Source: Acholeplasmataceae bacterium
GTDB lineage: Bacteria > Bacillota_I > Bacilli_A > Acholeplasmatales > Acholeplasmataceae
Direction: 5' to 3'
DNA: 64,000 nucleotides
Assembly (NCBI GenBank): GCA_963667565.1
Contig: OY763415.1
Span: 1,686,089 to 1,750,088, forward strand
Below the pieces are notes generated by a model. It worked only from the letters and a program-made list of their open reading frames with translations, made no database searches and was not told the origin of the DNA. Position 1 is the first letter of the stretch. The number at the start of each line of letters is the position of its first letter. A program made the translations under genes and the position numbers. Positions 10,298 through 21,399 of this stretch are shown in pieces.

Positions 10298-13200
10298 ATG
10301 AAAAACATTATAAAAAATATAATTGAACACAATAAAAAGAATTTTTTATTTCTTTTGGATGCTCCTACGGGTTTAGGCAAAACAGAAGCATCATTGGATT
10401 TCATGAAAGAATTTCTAGAAAATAAAATTGATACTGATAAAAAACAAATAATATTTATAACTAATCTAAAGAAAAATTTGCCATATGAAAGATTTATTCA
10501 CAAATATAGTATGTATGCTAATGCAATATTAAATTTAAAACCCAATTCAGATATTGTAATTGAAAATTTCATTAAAATCAAAGAATTAATTCCATCAACA
10601 ATTAAAAAGAGTGAAGAATATAAAGAATTGGATTCAGACCTTAAGCAATTAAATTTAGAGAACGACGAATCTAAAAGATTTATAACAAGTAAAATAGAAA
10701 GAATCTCAGAACCAAATTTTAGAAAAATGATTAAGAAAACATTATTTCAGGAGCAAAAAGATAAAGAGGAGGTATATAAAAAAAACTTGTGGTTAAAAGC
10801 AATTTATCCCGCTTCAAATTTAAGTGAATTCAAAATTATTTTTTTATCAACAGATAAATTTTTATCACCAATAGATCCAATTTGGAAAAAGCCTTATTAT
10901 TTTTATGAAAAAACATTCATAAAAAATATTATATTAATTATTGATGAATACGATTCAAGTAAGAAAACATTTTTGAATCATATTATTGATGATGGGCTTT
11001 TAAGAGAAATTGATTTGATACAATTGTTTAGTCAAATCTATCTTTCGTTAAAACATAAAATGCTCCCCAATGATTTTTATAAGGCATCTAAGCAAACAAT
11101 CAATAACTCAATCCATAAAGAGAACGCCATACATTTTATTGTCGATAAAAATATTGAAGTGTTTGAAAACGTATATAATAAGTATCATCTTAAGTATGTA
11201 TTTAAAGCAAAAGACTTAACAAAAAAAGCCTTTATTTTTAATGATAAACATTCACAATTGGTAACAAATCAATATAAAAAAGGTAATTTATATGCACACT
11301 TTGATGCAGAATCCAATTCTAATATAATTATTAAGTCAAGCAATGATAATAGTGAATCTTTACCAATTATTTTGAAAGATATTAGATGGGCATTAATCCA
11401 TTTCATAAATGGTATACGAATTATTGCAAATAATTATTATGAATACCAAATAGATTTTCATGTTGACAACAAAAAAGATAAGGTAACAAAACAAGAGTCA
11501 ATTTATTCTGTATTGGATCTATTTAATCTCGATAAAAGATATAAAGAGATACTTTTCAACAAAGTATTACTAGGAAATCTAAGCGAAGGTTTTGATTTAA
11601 CAAACCCATATAGTTTTTATAAACAAGGTATTAACTTCATCGAAATAGAAGATGGTAATGATCATGATTTGCAATCTAAGTTCCACTTATTTGATTTTAA
11701 TACCACACCTGAAAAAATATTATTAGAGTTAGCAAACACATCTATGGTTATTGGCTTATCAGCGACAGCTAAAATTCCGACAATAGTTGGTAACTTTGAT
11801 AATGAATATCTTAAAAACGAATTAAAAGATCATTTCATTGAATTAAAAGATCATCATTATGAAACGATTCGTAGACAATTTAATGACTTACAATTAAATT
11901 ACATCAAACAAAAAATGCACATAGAGATTATAGATGCATATAACCAGCTGGAGCATAATGATATTATTGATAAAATAACTACAGAATGTAATTTAGATAT
12001 AAGTAAATGGAGCACAGATCCTCAAATAGAGAAATATTATTTAGAAGTTTGTTTAAAAGTAGCAAAAGCATATTTTGATTTCTCAAATAGTTCTAAAAGC
12101 GTTGCAGGTATATGCTTTTTAAATGGCTTTTTCAGTGAAGATTCAAATTATGATGTATTGATATTATCTGATTTATTAAAGCAAATTCAACATAATAATC
12201 AGGTAGATATTGAATACTTCAAATTGACCTCTCAAAACTTTGATGAAGAGTTATTAAAAATACATAATAAAATAATTAACGAGGGTAAAGGATTTGTTTT
12301 AACAACATATAATACAGTTGGATTAGGAAAAAATATTCAATTACAAAGGAACATAAATGGTGTTAAAATCGAACAAGATTTCGACTTTATTTATTTACTA
12401 GAACCTACAAATATAATCAGTGATATTTATGCTGATTCCGATAATAAATACAAAGATTTATCAAGAGTTCTATTTGAACAAGAGTATCTAAAAAGAAGCG
12501 GCTCTATTAGTAAAAACAAATTTATAAAAAATATAGAAAATGCTTTTAGGATGACACTTCGACATGATAAAAGCTATATAAATAAAATGAACAAGGACAA
12601 CTCAATACATGTTTCTCAAATTATTATTCAAGCTATTGGAAGAATTACGAGATCTAGAACTCCTAATACTCAAACAACGATATTACTAGATAATGCGGTT
12701 GTCAAACATATGCAAGCTGCAGAAAATCATTTAAATTATGACTTTCTAAATTGGTATGTAAGAAAAATATTATCATTGAAAATTGCTCAAAATGTTATGG
12801 ACAATAAGACATTTACAGATATAAATAGAAGTGCATCATTAAGAATCGAAAAATTAAGTTATAAACTTCGAACAAAAAGCAATGCAGCTAGAGAAGAATG
12901 GAGAAGATTAAAAGATTATATATTGAAAAATCCAACAACAGATTTTCCACTTTTAGAATACAAAAATTTATATATAGAAATGCCGGAAAGAGTTGATAAG
13001 TATTGGTACCAATACATTAATTCTTTTGCAGTTAAGAATCTTTCTTTGAGTGATTTTACAGATTATAGTGAAGTTTCTGATGAAAGTTGCGAATTAATTA
13101 AAATGGTTGAAAACAATCTAATAAAAGAGGAATTCGAAAATGAAAAAATTCCTACTAAATTCTATAGAGGAAAGCACATAATTCTACCATCAGTTTACCA

Positions 13201-13579
13201 ACAAACTTATTTAGGTGCATTGGGAGAAAAAATATTAGAAACCATCGTATATTTATATACAGGAGAAAAACTACAAGAAGTAAAAAATTATAAAGTATAT
13301 GAATATGCAGATTTCCAGATTGGTAATATTTATGTAGATGTAAAGCACTGGAAAAATTATCGTATTGATGACAAGGATTACAAAAATAGAATTGAGAGAA
13401 AAATATTAGAAATTAAGGAAGTTGAAAGATTTATTTTTCTTAATTTATTTAAAAGAGGAGACCACACTGTAAATGAAACTATCGATGAGAAAATTATAAC
13501 TATTCCATATATATTTGATGATAATGGGAAATTAGATGATGAAATGGTGAATAAATTCTTAAATTTGATACAAATGTAA
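10298..13579 (+). CDS. SF2 helicase fused to a C-terminal PD-(D/E)xK-like nuclease
   Basis: APTGLGKT, IIDEYD, GLSATA, QAIGRITR; C-terminal ADFQ...YVDVKHW; ATG 10298 preferred because the TTG at 10217 lies in the leader element. Confidence 0.75.
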   Translation: MKNIIKNIIEHNKKNFLFLLDAPTGLGKTEASLDFMKEFLENKIDTDKKQIIFITNLKKNLPYERFIHKYSMYANAILNLKPNSDIVIENFIKIKELIPSTIKKSEEYKELDSDLKQLNLENDESKRFITSKIERISEPNFRKMIKKTLFQEQKDKEEVYKKNLWLKAIYPASNLSEFKIIFLSTDKFLSPIDPIWKKPYYFYEKTFIKNIILIIDEYDSSKKTFLNHIIDDGLLREIDLIQLFSQIYLSLKHKMLPNDFYKASKQTINNSIHKENAIHFIVDKNIEVFENVYNKYHLKYVFKAKDLTKKAFIFNDKHSQLVTNQYKKGNLYAHFDAESNSNIIIKSSNDNSESLPIILKDIRWALIHFINGIRIIANNYYEYQIDFHVDNKKDKVTKQESIYSVLDLFNLDKRYKEILFNKVLLGNLSEGFDLTNPYSFYKQGINFIEIEDGNDHDLQSKFHLFDFNTTPEKILLELANTSMVIGLSATAKIPTIVGNFDNEYLKNELKDHFIELKDHHYETIRRQFNDLQLNYIKQKMHIEIIDAYNQLEHNDIIDKITTECNLDISKWSTDPQIEKYYLEVCLKVAKAYFDFSNSSKSVAGICFLNGFFSEDSNYDVLILSDLLKQIQHNNQVDIEYFKLTSQNFDEELLKIHNKIINEGKGFVLTTYNTVGLGKNIQLQRNINGVKIEQDFDFIYLLEPTNIISDIYADSDNKYKDLSRVLFEQEYLKRSGSISKNKFIKNIENAFRMTLRHDKSYINKMNKDNSIHVSQIIIQAIGRITRSRTPNTQTTILLDNAVVKHMQAAENHLNYDFLNWYVRKILSLKIAQNVMDNKTFTDINRSASLRIEKLSYKLRTKSNAAREEWRRLKDYILKNPTTDFPLLEYKNLYIEMPERVDKYWYQYINSFAVKNLSLSDFTDYSEVSDESCELIKMVENNLIKEEFENEKIPTKFYRGKHIILPSVYQQTYLGALGEKILETIVYLYTGEKLQEVKNYKVYEYADFQIGNIYVDVKHWKNYRIDDKDYKNRIERKILEIKEVERFIFLNLFKRGDHTVNETIDEKIITIPYIFDDNGKLDDEMVNKFLNLIQM

Positions 13580-13718
13580 TTGGTTAGGATTAGACTAAAA
13601 TATATTATTTTCAAGATTTATGTGATTTATAGATTGAGAAATGAAACTAGATAGATAATAGGGTTTAAAATTTAGTATGGAGAAGTATACTAACATCACA
13701 TTATAGATTGGGGAAAAA

Positions 13719-16700
13719 ATGAAAAATTATAAGATTTGTCCAAAATGCTATAGAATACACGATGGCGATGATATTAAATGTAAATTTAAAGATTGTGAAT
13801 ATTCTTTAGAAAATGTGCAATTTGCTACACAAAATGAATTAGTTGAGAATAAAAAGCAAAAAATAATTAATAAATATATCGAAGAAATTGATGATGTAAT
13901 AGCGGTAAGTAAGTCTTCATCTAATATTATTGATGTTTATAGAGGTAGGATTCTATTAGAATTACTCCAAAATGCCCATGATGCAGCAGTAAATCATAGA
14001 GATAAAGACTCATATGTCAAAATAACATTTTTCGATGGAGTTTTAGAGTTTTATAATAGTGGTACACCATTTCACTATGACGGGGTTAGAAGTTTGTTCA
14101 CTCCACATTTTTCGATTAGAGAATTTGAAGATGAAGATACGGATGATCATGAGAAAAAGAACGAAGACTATATTGGTCATTTTGGTCTTGGATTTAGATC
14201 TATTTTGAATTGGGGAAATGAAATAAGTATTATCAGTACATCGGGGCTTTCTATTCATTATTCGCCAAAAAATGTGCTTGATATGCAAAAACGGGTTAAA
14301 GAAAATCAAGATCAGTATAATAGGATAATTGGATTTGCAGATGGTAGCAAAAGTACACTATTTGAAAAATATCCAATACCTCTTTTGACTGCTCCATCAA
14401 TTATTGATGATAAAATTAAAGATGATAAATATGATACAATGATAAGAATTGTTTGTTTTGAAGATAAATATGATGAAATATATGAAGAATTATCAAAGTT
14501 TAGTAGTCAAGATGTTGCATTCTTAAATATATTCAAAGAAATTATTATTCAAACTGAACATATAAATAAAACCATAAATCGGAAAAAACTTAATGTCTCT
14601 GAAATCATTATTAATGATGAGAAAATTCAAAAAAGTGTTATTTCATTTCTCACGGGTAGCATTCTTGATACTTATACTAGATTTAAAATATCAGGTTATA
14701 ATAATGATTTAGGTATGATATATAATTGTGCAATTGCTTTTTCAAATCATGACTTGGAAAAAAATAATATAAGCATCTATTTTAAAACAAAACATGAAAA
14801 CAAATTCCCCTTTTTAGTACATGGGTCATTTGATCTTAGGGAAGATCGCGAATATATAAAAGAAACGCCTAATACCTTATATGTTTTTGAAAAATTATCA
14901 AAACTTATAGTTGATGTAATTCTAAACGAAAAACTAAACCTTGATCATGTAAATTATGAGGCATTAGAGATGCTTGTTTGTGATACTGATTTCTTTCCGT
15001 TTAGTCAAACCTATAGGTTTTATATGGATTATATAAAGAAACAAAAATGTTTTCCAACCGTAAATAATAAGTATAGATTGAATGATTCTTCTAATGTATT
15101 AGTCTTCCCATTTAATGAACCTAGATTATCTTTAATTTTAAAAGGCAACAAATTTGATGATTTACTAATCTTTACAGAGAACGAAAAAATAATCAGTTTT
15201 TTAAAGTTACTTGATGTTGAATTTTATACACAAAATCATTTAGCGGATTTAATTGATGAAACTATATTAAACTATACATTAGAAGATAAAACTAAACTTA
15301 TTTACTATTTTATTAAGATATTTAATAAAACTAGTGATAACTACCCGAAGCTTATTGTAGATACAAATAATCAAAGCGTTCTAGACTCTAATGGTCTATT
15401 TAATCTTCCAACCACACAGGAATTAAGAGAACTACCTGAGTTTATTCAATTAAAATTTATTAATGAAAAAATGTGGAATGATTTGCAATCAAATGAATGT
15501 TTTAATATAACTAGTGTTAATAAAGTTAGAGGTTTATTAGAAAGAATTGAACCTTTTGGCGTAGATGAATATAGTTTCACGAAGATTTTTCCTCTGATAA
15601 AAAAAGAGTTTGAAAGTCAAACTATTACTAATGATCAAAAAAAGGTCGTCATCAAGTGGTTACAAAAATATCTAATTAACAACATTGAAAATTTTTCATC
15701 TGTTTTTCCAATTTTGCAAAAAGAAATGTCTGATTCAAATTATGGGGAAGTTTTTATAAAAGAAAATCATCAATGGCTTTTTGATTTATTTTCTAATCAT
15801 CAAGAGGTTAAAGAATATCGCGAATCTAAAAATATAATTGTTTTATGTAAAGTAAAGAAGAAAATAGTATTATCAGATGCTATAAACACTTATTTTCCAG
15901 ATTATTATGATAATAAAGTGGGTTATGCCTTATTAAAATACGCTGATGTTGACTTTTTGGCTGGCACTTCATATTATGGTTTTAAAAACACTGATTTGAA
16001 TCTAATTAAAGAATATTTTATATGGTTGGGTGTTAATATATTTCCGAAAAAAATAATTATAGATATAAAAAATACAGATTTCCTTGAATATGGAAAGTAT
16101 TGCTTTGGTTCAGATTACGACACCTTATTGAAAGATAAATTTAGTATAAGCAATTTAGGAAGAGTTGAAACAATTCAAAATATTGATACTATTTTAACCA
16201 AATCGAACTTTAATGAAATTATGTATTGGTTGTTATTGATGGATGGTAAAGAAAAATCATTTTTATCAAATGAAAATGAAACTTATCCAGATTCATTTCT
16301 TAATTATTACTACGCATATAGTCAAAATTATCAAAGAAAAGATACGTTAAGAAAGACATATAAACAGCTTAAAAATTATATTAGATATAAATTCTATACC
16401 GCAAAATGGTTAGAAGTAGAAGACTCAAACATTAAAATTGCTCCCAAATCAGCCACATTTTCCACATATGGTTTGGCTCCAATGTTTTATAAACCTAAAA
16501 TTGATTATAGACATTTCAGTAAAATAAACCTTAGCTGGACAGAAGAAAAAATTAATACAATTTTGGTAGATATTGGAGTTAATTCACGGATTGGTTTATT
16601 GGATGAAAGAAGAAAGTATAAGTTGTTAAGTAATTTGGAAGAATTAGATAAAACTTGTAGGTTTACTAGATCAATTTATAATGAAGTAATTAAAGATAAC

Positions 16701-18698
16701 GAAACCAGTGTAGAAGAACTTAATAAAAGTCTTTTTAATACTGAAGAATACATAGATTTTATAAATAATGGAAAAATTGCTGTGATTAAAAATTATAGGA
16801 AACAATATGTTCCTGTAAAAGAATCATATTATGCAGATAATCGAGAACTTTGCGAAGGTATCACTAAAAATATAAACATATTGGATTTGGAATTGAGAAA
16901 AGGTGTTGATCAAGTGACAACGATACTTGGAACACAAAAACTTCAAGACTTTGATATTAAATTTGTGAATGAACCCAAATGGAGTGAGTTAAATCAAGAG
17001 TTTAAAGAGAAATATTTAGAGCTACTCCCCTTTATTATTGTAAAAAGAAATCAAAAAATTAAGAATATAAAACCCGAGATTGCGAAATTAAAAAATTGCG
17101 AAGTTAAATTAATTTTAAATGAAACAATTAGTTATAAAGTGGATAACGAAACAATTAAATACCAGTTAGAGGACTTTGAATACATCTATTTTGATAAGTT
17201 AAATAAAGGATATATTGTTGCACCAACTAGATTTAAAACGTGCGAAGATTTGTTTAATAATCGAGAGTTTGCTGATTCGTTAGCAGAACTCATTACTTTA
17301 ATTTTAGGCGTATATGATGGGAAAGAAAGTTATAGAGAATTTATAGGCTTATCAAACGAGGATAGAGAAAGAACAGTAATAAAAGACTATAATTTGAATG
17401 GAATAGAAATCCTTCAAACAATACGAATAGAATTTAATATCACTATGAGTAGAAAAACTATATTTTGGAATACAATCAAGCAGTTAATTGGAAAAAACAA
17501 ATTTGCAGGTATTTCTAAACAATATATTGATAATGATAATATTAATTATGAAGATTATTCAGATATAAATAATATTCAACTGTTTATGCAGCTGTTTCAA
17601 CAAATTAAATTGGATTTCGATCAATTTAATTCAAATTGCAAATATCAAATTAGATCTGAAAAATACTGGCAAGAGAACTATGAAATAATTAAAAATAAAT
17701 ATAAAGATAATTATAAATCTTATCTATATTTGCAAAGAATATTTAATATAAAATCAATGGAAGATGTACAAAAATTTTATAAAGATGTACAAGATTTTCA
17801 ATTTAGTAGATTTTCAACTTATAATTCTCCTTTAAAATCACCAATATCTGAGTATTTATATAATACATTTAAAGTTAACTTAAAAACATTAGAAAAGGAA
17901 GAAGTGCTTGATTTTGACACTATTATTCAAACCAATATAAATCAATATAATAATGACCATCCAGAAAAGTATCATAAAATTGTTAAGATAAAAGCTAAAG
18001 AAGAGATTATGCGTTTTGCACTATTAAATAAAATTGATTTACTAGAAATAAATGAAAATAGCAATGAAGATAAGTCAAAAAATGCAAAAGCCATATTAAT
18101 CAATTATAATGAACTTGATGATGAAGCTGATAGAGCGTCCAAAGCACACCAAATCAATGCCGATAACATTCAATCAATGATTAGTAAAGATAATAAGTCT
18201 AATAAAGATAATGAGAATCATTTACCGAAATCTAACAGTTCTGATGCAGATGATATTAACCAAAGAAAACTGGAAAATGGTTATTTGGCAGAAAGGTTTG
18301 TTTATAATCAATTAGTAAATGAAATGGAAGATTATAATGTAAAATGGATATCTAAATACTCTTATTATGGTATAGGTAATAAAGAATATAACGATAATGC
18401 TCACTATGATATAGAATACTATGACAAAAATGGTAAACATCATTATATCGAAGTTAAATCATCAAGTGATGCGAATATTAGAATTGAAATATCGAAAGAA
18501 GAGGTTGAGTTTGGACTTTCACATAAACAAGAATATGACATATATTATATTCGTATAAAAGAAAGAAAAATTCAAAGTGATCCGAGTAAATTTGAAAAGA
18601 TTTTTGTCTTTGATAAACTACAAAATTTCTTAGAAAACGATAAGTTTTCTGTTGATTACAAAACATTCATACTTAAGGGAAAGATTAAGAAAAATTAA
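13719..18698 (+). CDS. Sacsin-like GHKL ATPase with C-terminal DUF3883 (NO VEIN) nuclease-like domain
   Basis: ELLQNAHDA, YNSGTPF, IGHFGLGFRS; C-terminal GYLAE...HYDI...YIEVKSS; N-terminal CPKC..C..C. Confidence 0.8.
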   Translation: MKNYKICPKCYRIHDGDDIKCKFKDCEYSLENVQFATQNELVENKKQKIINKYIEEIDDVIAVSKSSSNIIDVYRGRILLELLQNAHDAAVNHRDKDSYVKITFFDGVLEFYNSGTPFHYDGVRSLFTPHFSIREFEDEDTDDHEKKNEDYIGHFGLGFRSILNWGNEISIISTSGLSIHYSPKNVLDMQKRVKENQDQYNRIIGFADGSKSTLFEKYPIPLLTAPSIIDDKIKDDKYDTMIRIVCFEDKYDEIYEELSKFSSQDVAFLNIFKEIIIQTEHINKTINRKKLNVSEIIINDEKIQKSVISFLTGSILDTYTRFKISGYNNDLGMIYNCAIAFSNHDLEKNNISIYFKTKHENKFPFLVHGSFDLREDREYIKETPNTLYVFEKLSKLIVDVILNEKLNLDHVNYEALEMLVCDTDFFPFSQTYRFYMDYIKKQKCFPTVNNKYRLNDSSNVLVFPFNEPRLSLILKGNKFDDLLIFTENEKIISFLKLLDVEFYTQNHLADLIDETILNYTLEDKTKLIYYFIKIFNKTSDNYPKLIVDTNNQSVLDSNGLFNLPTTQELRELPEFIQLKFINEKMWNDLQSNECFNITSVNKVRGLLERIEPFGVDEYSFTKIFPLIKKEFESQTITNDQKKVVIKWLQKYLINNIENFSSVFPILQKEMSDSNYGEVFIKENHQWLFDLFSNHQEVKEYRESKNIIVLCKVKKKIVLSDAINTYFPDYYDNKVGYALLKYADVDFLAGTSYYGFKNTDLNLIKEYFIWLGVNIFPKKIIIDIKNTDFLEYGKYCFGSDYDTLLKDKFSISNLGRVETIQNIDTILTKSNFNEIMYWLLLMDGKEKSFLSNENETYPDSFLNYYYAYSQNYQRKDTLRKTYKQLKNYIRYKFYTAKWLEVEDSNIKIAPKSATFSTYGLAPMFYKPKIDYRHFSKINLSWTEEKINTILVDIGVNSRIGLLDERRKYKLLSNLEELDKTCRFTRSIYNEVIKDNETSVEELNKSLFNTEEYIDFINNGKIAVIKNYRKQYVPVKESYYADNRELCEGITKNINILDLELRKGVDQVTTILGTQKLQDFDIKFVNEPKWSELNQEFKEKYLELLPFIIVKRNQKIKNIKPEIAKLKNCEVKLILNETISYKVDNETIKYQLEDFEYIYFDKLNKGYIVAPTRFKTCEDLFNNREFADSLAELITLILGVYDGKESYREFIGLSNEDRERTVIKDYNLNGIEILQTIRIEFNITMSRKTIFWNTIKQLIGKNKFAGISKQYIDNDNINYEDYSDINNIQLFMQLFQQIKLDFDQFNSNCKYQIRSEKYWQENYEIIKNKYKDNYKSYLYLQRIFNIKSMEDVQKFYKDVQDFQFSRFSTYNSPLKSPISEYLYNTFKVNLKTLEKEEVLDFDTIIQTNINQYNNDHPEKYHKIVKIKAKEEIMRFALLNKIDLLEINENSNEDKSKNAKAILINYNELDDEADRASKAHQINADNIQSMISKDNKSNKDNENHLPKSNSSDADDINQRKLENGYLAERFVYNQLVNEMEDYNVKWISKYSYYGIGNKEYNDNAHYDIEYYDKNGKHHYIEVKSSSDANIRIEISKEEVEFGLSHKQEYDIYYIRIKERKIQSDPSKFEKIFVFDKLQNFLENDKFSVDYKTFILKGKIKKN

Positions 18699-19128
18699 AT
18701 CAATATTTATTTTGCTTAATAAGAAATCATTATTGTCGAGGTTGAAACAAACTCGATTTCTAGAGAGTATTGACTAATAATCAATAAATGAGAATAAATT
18801 TAATAAAAGCACTATTAGTTTTTGCTATATACATATCGGGGATATAGAGCTGACTATATCAAAATTAAATGGGTATTAATTCAATGCATAATAAGCATAA
18901 TTGAAAATATACACAGATCTTTTTAACTATATGGATTATTTAGTGAATAGAAGTTGATTTTTTGATGAATCTATAATAGTAATTATAACTAAGTTTATAT
19001 CTTAATAAAATAACAAGAATAATGTTAGATTGCTTTATTATTATAAAGATCTAAACTAAAGATTAAGTCAAATAAAGACGGTTTTGTGGTAAAATAAATC
19101 AATATCAAATTAGAATATTGGTGACAAC

Positions 19129-20010
19129 ATGAAAAAGGGTTATGTATACTCTATAGGATCACATCTCGTATGGGGGATATTACCACTATACTGGGCATTG
19201 TTTAAAGAAATATCATCATTAGAATTATTATTCTTAAGAATAGTATTAACAATGCTGACATTAATTTTAATTGTTCATTTAATTAAAAAACCTATTTACT
19301 TATCATATTTAAAAAATCCAAAAGTGGTTAAACAATTATTGTTAAGCGGATTACTCATTTCTATTAACTGGTTTGTTTTTGTTTACGCCGTTGGGTCAAA
19401 TCAAGTATTACAAGCATCTTTAGGTTATTATATAGGGCCTTTGTTTACGGTCTTAATAGGTGTTCTATATTTAAAAGAAAAGCCAACTAAAGTACAATAT
19501 ACTGCATTTATATTAGTAGGGTTAGCTTTGATTTATATATTAATTAATAATGATACATCCTGGATTGCTTTTAGTGTTGCAATTAGTTTTAGTCTTTATG
19601 GATTCTTAAAGAAGAGATATCATTTAGATTCAATGAACTCATTACTTTTAGAATCCATGTTTGTCCTACCTGTGATGTCTATCATGCTTTGGTATACATC
19701 TACTCATTCAGGATCAACATTAAATCAAATCATTTCAATCCAAGGTTTATTTATTGTCTTTGCAGGTATCTTAACTATTATTCCATTAGTGCTTTTTGCT
19801 GAAGGAGCAAAACAATTACCACTATACATGGTGGGGATTATCCAATATATTACACCTACGATGTTTTTATTAGTTGGGGTTCTGGTTAATAAAGAACCAT
19901 TTACACAAGTAGAAGTCATCGCGTTTGGTCTTATATGGATTGCGTTAATCTTAAATTTTTCTACGATATACAGACAAGAACAGATAACAATAGTAACTGA
20001 TTCAATTTAA
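19129..20010 (+). CDS. rarD: RarD-type EamA transporter
   Basis: WGILPLYW, INW..FVYAV...QASLGYYIGP, QYITPT. Confidence 0.85.
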   Translation: MKKGYVYSIGSHLVWGILPLYWALFKEISSLELLFLRIVLTMLTLILIVHLIKKPIYLSYLKNPKVVKQLLLSGLLISINWFVFVYAVGSNQVLQASLGYYIGPLFTVLIGVLYLKEKPTKVQYTAFILVGLALIYILINNDTSWIAFSVAISFSLYGFLKKRYHLDSMNSLLLESMFVLPVMSIMLWYTSTHSGSTLNQIISIQGLFIVFAGILTIIPLVLFAEGAKQLPLYMVGIIQYITPTMFLLVGVLVNKEPFTQVEVIAFGLIWIALILNFSTIYRQEQITIVTDSI

Positions 20011-20108
20011 GCATTGTTTATACTACAATGATTAAGAAGTAACAGATATAAAATGCATTGCCTGTAATACAGGTCATTTATTCTTTCATTTAGTTTTTAA
20101 AATTATAA

Positions 20109-20137
20109 TTGTCAAAATTAAAATAAACAAGTATAAT
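20109..20137 (+). promoter_or_regulatory. Sigma-70/SigA promoter
   Basis: ttgtca-N17-tataat directly upstream of leader element B. Confidence 0.65.
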
Positions 20138-20160
20138 TAAGATATAAATCATATGCATCA

Positions 20161-20240
20161 AGAATTGCAATTAGGGGAATGAGTGCACTTGAAATGTAAG
20201 TTATACATGAAGACGACATTTTAGTGTCGTCTTTTCTTTT
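20161..20240 (+). promoter_or_regulatory. Conserved leader/attenuator-like element, copy B
   Basis: GGGAATGagTGCACT, then hairpin aagacgaca/tgtcgtctt + T-rich tail. Confidence 0.6.
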
Positions 20241-20281
20241 ATGAATGGCAGTTTATATCTATAAAATGAGAGGTTAAGTAC

Positions 20282-20545
20282 ATGAGAAAATTAATAATGT
20301 TTGTATTTTTTGTATTAAGTTTAGTAGCAATTATTGGAATTACAATGTCTTTAAATGATTTGCTATCTTTTTTAAACTTAGGAAATATGAGTTTAGAAGA
20401 TATTCAAAATCTATTTGAGACAAGTACTGTTGAAGAAATTATCCAAGAATTGGGGACAATCATATATACACTCATGCAAGTATATGGAATACCTATCATT
20501 ACTTTTTTAATAAGTCTAAATGGTATGGCGATTAGCAAAAGATAA
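20282..20545 (+). CDS. Small membrane protein
   Basis: SD gagg; two hydrophobic segments. Confidence 0.65.
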   Translation: MRKLIMFVFFVLSLVAIIGITMSLNDLLSFLNLGNMSLEDIQNLFETSTVEEIIQELGTIIYTLMQVYGIPIITFLISLNGMAISKR

Positions 20546-20699
20546 CATATTTAATATTCGAATCATTAGTCTTTTTATATTTCTTATAAATGATAGACTG
20601 ATCTAATATTAAGTGATATACTAACAACAAACGGTCGAATTGAAATATATATAACTATTTCAATCAAAAATCAACTTAAGGATTAGTGTGAGAAAAAAT

Positions 20700-21386
20700 A
20701 TGGACATAAAAAAAGATATCATTGGAATTGTAGGAGGTATGGGATCCTACGCTACTTTAAATATATTTAAAAGAATTTTGGATTCTTTTGAAGCAAAAAA
20801 AGAATGGGATAGACCTAGAATTATCATCGATAATAATTGCACTCTCCCTTCTCGTTCAAGAGCGTTATTATATCATGAAAAATTTGAAGAAGTTGCTCAT
20901 GGTTTAGCAAATAGTGTAAAACACTTAATTGATGCAGGGGCGAATATCATTATTCTTGGCAGCAATACAGGACATTTGTTTTTAGATGAGATTTATAAAA
21001 GAGTGCCAGAATCAAAAAAATATATCGTTAATTTCATAGAATTATTAGGTAGAGACGTTGCAGCTAATCATGTTGATGAAATATTACTCTTAGGAACTGA
21101 AGCTACAGTTGATTTTAATATATATAAACACTTTTTAAAGGATATCAATGTAGTGACGCCGTCACAAGAAAAAGTTGAAGAAATTGACTATTTTATCGAG
21201 ATTGTAAAACAAAATATCATAAAAGATAGTGATTATGATAAATTTAAAAATTTATTATTAAGTTTTGAGAATAAGAATATTGTTTTGGGTTGTACAGAAT
21301 TACCAATCATGTTTGAAAAAATAAAAGGAGAAATTGACAAAAATATTTTTGATCCAATCAATTCGTTTATAAAATATATTAAATAG
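20700..21386 (+). CDS. Aspartate/glutamate racemase family protein
   Basis: IGIVGGMGSYAT and LGCTELP; first catalytic motif reads GSNT rather than xCNT. Confidence 0.85.
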   Translation: MDIKKDIIGIVGGMGSYATLNIFKRILDSFEAKKEWDRPRIIIDNNCTLPSRSRALLYHEKFEEVAHGLANSVKHLIDAGANIIILGSNTGHLFLDEIYKRVPESKKYIVNFIELLGRDVAANHVDEILLLGTEATVDFNIYKHFLKDINVVTPSQEKVEEIDYFIEIVKQNIIKDSDYDKFKNLLLSFENKNIVLGCTELPIMFEKIKGEIDKNIFDPINSFIKYIK

Positions 21387-21399
21387 AGGGATAAAATTT

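Noticed and set aside
20161..20240. T-box riboswitch interpretation of the repeated leader (AATTAGGG resemblance)
   Set aside because: Lacks the GGTGGnACC T-box bulge and the long Stem I; downstream genes are not amino-acid related
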